From Malacoraja senta (lineage: Eukaryota), in contig CM075979.1 in NCBI GenBank assembly GCA_038087875.1, positions 9,610,001 to 9,674,000 of the forward strand: a stretch of DNA of 64,000 bases. The letters run 5' to 3'. The notes under the pieces were generated by a model. That model worked only from the letters and a program-made list of their open reading frames with translations. It was not told the origin of the DNA and made no database searches. A program made the position numbers and the translations under genes. Below are positions 62,334 to 64,000 of this stretch, one piece after another (the first letter of the stretch is position 1; each line of letters opens with the position of its first letter).

Positions 62334-64000
62334 TAGAGTCATAGAGTGATACAGTGTGGCAAAACAGGCCCTTCGGCCCAACTCGCCCATACCAGTCAAC
62401 AATGTCCCAGCTACACTAGTCACACTTGCCTGCGCTTGGTCCATATTCCTCCAAACCTGACCTATCCATGTACCTGTCTAAATGTTTCTTAAACGATGGG
62501 CTAGTCCCAGCCTCAACTAACTCTGCTGGCAGCTTGTTCCATACACCCACCACCCTTTCCTATTAAATCTTTTCCCCGTCGCCTTGAACCTATGTCCTCT
62601 TGTCCTCGATTCCCCTACTCTGGGCAAAAGACTCTGTGAATCTACCCGATCTATTCCTCTCATGATTTTGTATACCTCTAATAAGGTCTCCCCTCATCCT
62701 CATGTGATCAATGGAATAGAGACCCAGCCGACTCAACCTCTCCCTATAGCTCACACCCTCTAATCCTGGCAACATCCTCGTAAGTTTTTTCTGAACCCTT
62801 TCAAGCTTGACAATATCTTTCCAAAACGGTGCCCAGAACTGAACACAATATTCTAAATGCAGTCTCACCAACGTCTTATACAACTGCACCATGACCACCC
62901 AACTTCTATACTCAATAATCTAACTGAAAAGCCTTTTTGACCACCTTAACGACCTGCGACTCGAGCTTCAAGGAGCCATGGACCTGTACTCCTAGATCCC
63001 TCTGCTCTACAACATTACCCAGAGGCCTACCATTTACGGTGTAGGTCCTGCCCTAGTTCGACATCCCAAAATGCAACACCTCACACTTTTCTGTATTAAA
63101 TTTCATCAACCATTCCTCTGTCCACTTGGTCAATCGATCCAGATCCTGCTGCAATCTTTCACAACCATCTTCACTATCTGCAAAACCACTAACTTTTGTA
63201 TCATCAGCAAACTTGCTAATCTTGCCCTGTATGTTCTCATCCAAATCATTGATGTAGATGACAAACAGTAACGGGCCAGCACTGAACCCTGAGGCACCAC
63301 GAGTCACAGGCCTCCAGTCCGAGAAGCAACCTTCCACCATCACCCTCTGCTACCTTCCATTGAGCCAATTTGCTATCCATTCAGCTATCTCTCCTTGAAT
63401 CCCATGCGATCTAACCTTCCAGAGCAGCCTCATGCGGAACCTTGTCGAACGCCTCACTGATGTCCATGTACACAACATCTACAGCTCTGCCCTTATCAAC
63501 CTTTTTGGTCACGTCTTCAAAAAAATCACGACACGACCTCCCATGTACAAAACCATGCTGACTATCCCTAATCAGCCCTTGCCCATCTAAATGGCTGTAC
63601 AACCTATCGCTCAGAATATTCTCCAGTACCTTCCAACTACATATTTTTAAGCTCACCGGCCTATAGTTTCCAGCATTTTCCCTGCAGCCCTTCTTGAAAA
63701 GAGGCACAATATTTGCCACCCTCCAGTCTTTCGGCACCTTTCCTGTATTTAAGGACGACTCGTAAAATTCAAACAGGGCTGCCGCAATTTCTTCTCTAGT
63801 TTCCCGCTATGTCCTCGGATATATCTGATCAGGCCCTGGAGATTTGTCTACCTTCAAACACGACAGTACCTTCAGTACTTCTTCGACAGTAACCCTGACT
63901 GTTCTCAAGACACTTCCAGTGACTGCTCCAATGTCCTCCGTCTTACTACGGTAAATACAGAGGAGAAATACTCATTTAGGACCTTACCCATCTCCTGTGG
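62334..64000 (-). mobile_element. CR1 (HER1-like) LINE, 3' 1.7 kb, continuing beyond the right edge; abuts an older plus-strand CR1 relic (about 61800-62330)
   Basis: ORFs 63411..63737 (PKDWRVANIVPLFKKG...NYRPVSL...SQHGF...AFDKVPH), 63053..63343 (GPLLFVIYINDLD...SKFADDTK) and 62590..62898; reverse-complement tail at 62334-62380. Confidence 0.93.

Noticed and set aside
48972-64000. ELP4 exon 5 (expected FGHYYD-like motif)
   Set aside because: Not found on the minus strand by eye; it presumably lies beyond the right edge.

Overview
Vertebrate genomic DNA, most likely from a cartilaginous fish (shark, skate or ray). That assignment is inferred from HE1-type V-SINEs and abundant CR1 and Penelope relics. 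The whole window lies inside ELP4 (Elongator subunit 4), which is transcribed on the minus strand. Four coding exons (85, 189, 109 and 107 bp) splice in frame through GT-AG junctions and correspond to human exons 6-9; exon 5 and the last exon were not found, so they probably lie outside the window. In jawed vertebrates the ELP4 introns hold the downstream long-range enhancers of the neighbouring PAX6 gene. Several transposon-free, homeodomain-motif-rich blocks here are candidate conserved enhancers, including a SIMO-like block at about 9.1-9.6 kb with a PAX6 paired-domain-like site; conservation cannot be verified without alignment. The rest is transposon debris: CR1, L2, Rex1/Babar, RTE and RTEX-like LINEs, Penelope, HE1-like SINEs, and PIF/Harbinger, hAT and Tigger-like MITEs. 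The most unusual object is a 1.3-kb non-autonomous Helitron (53757-55064) with intact termini. It appears to carry a captured CpG-island promoter or first-exon fragment into the PAX6 regulatory domain. No prokaryotic features, CRISPR arrays, rRNA or genuine tRNA genes are present, and most short ORFs in the track are spurious or transposon-derived.
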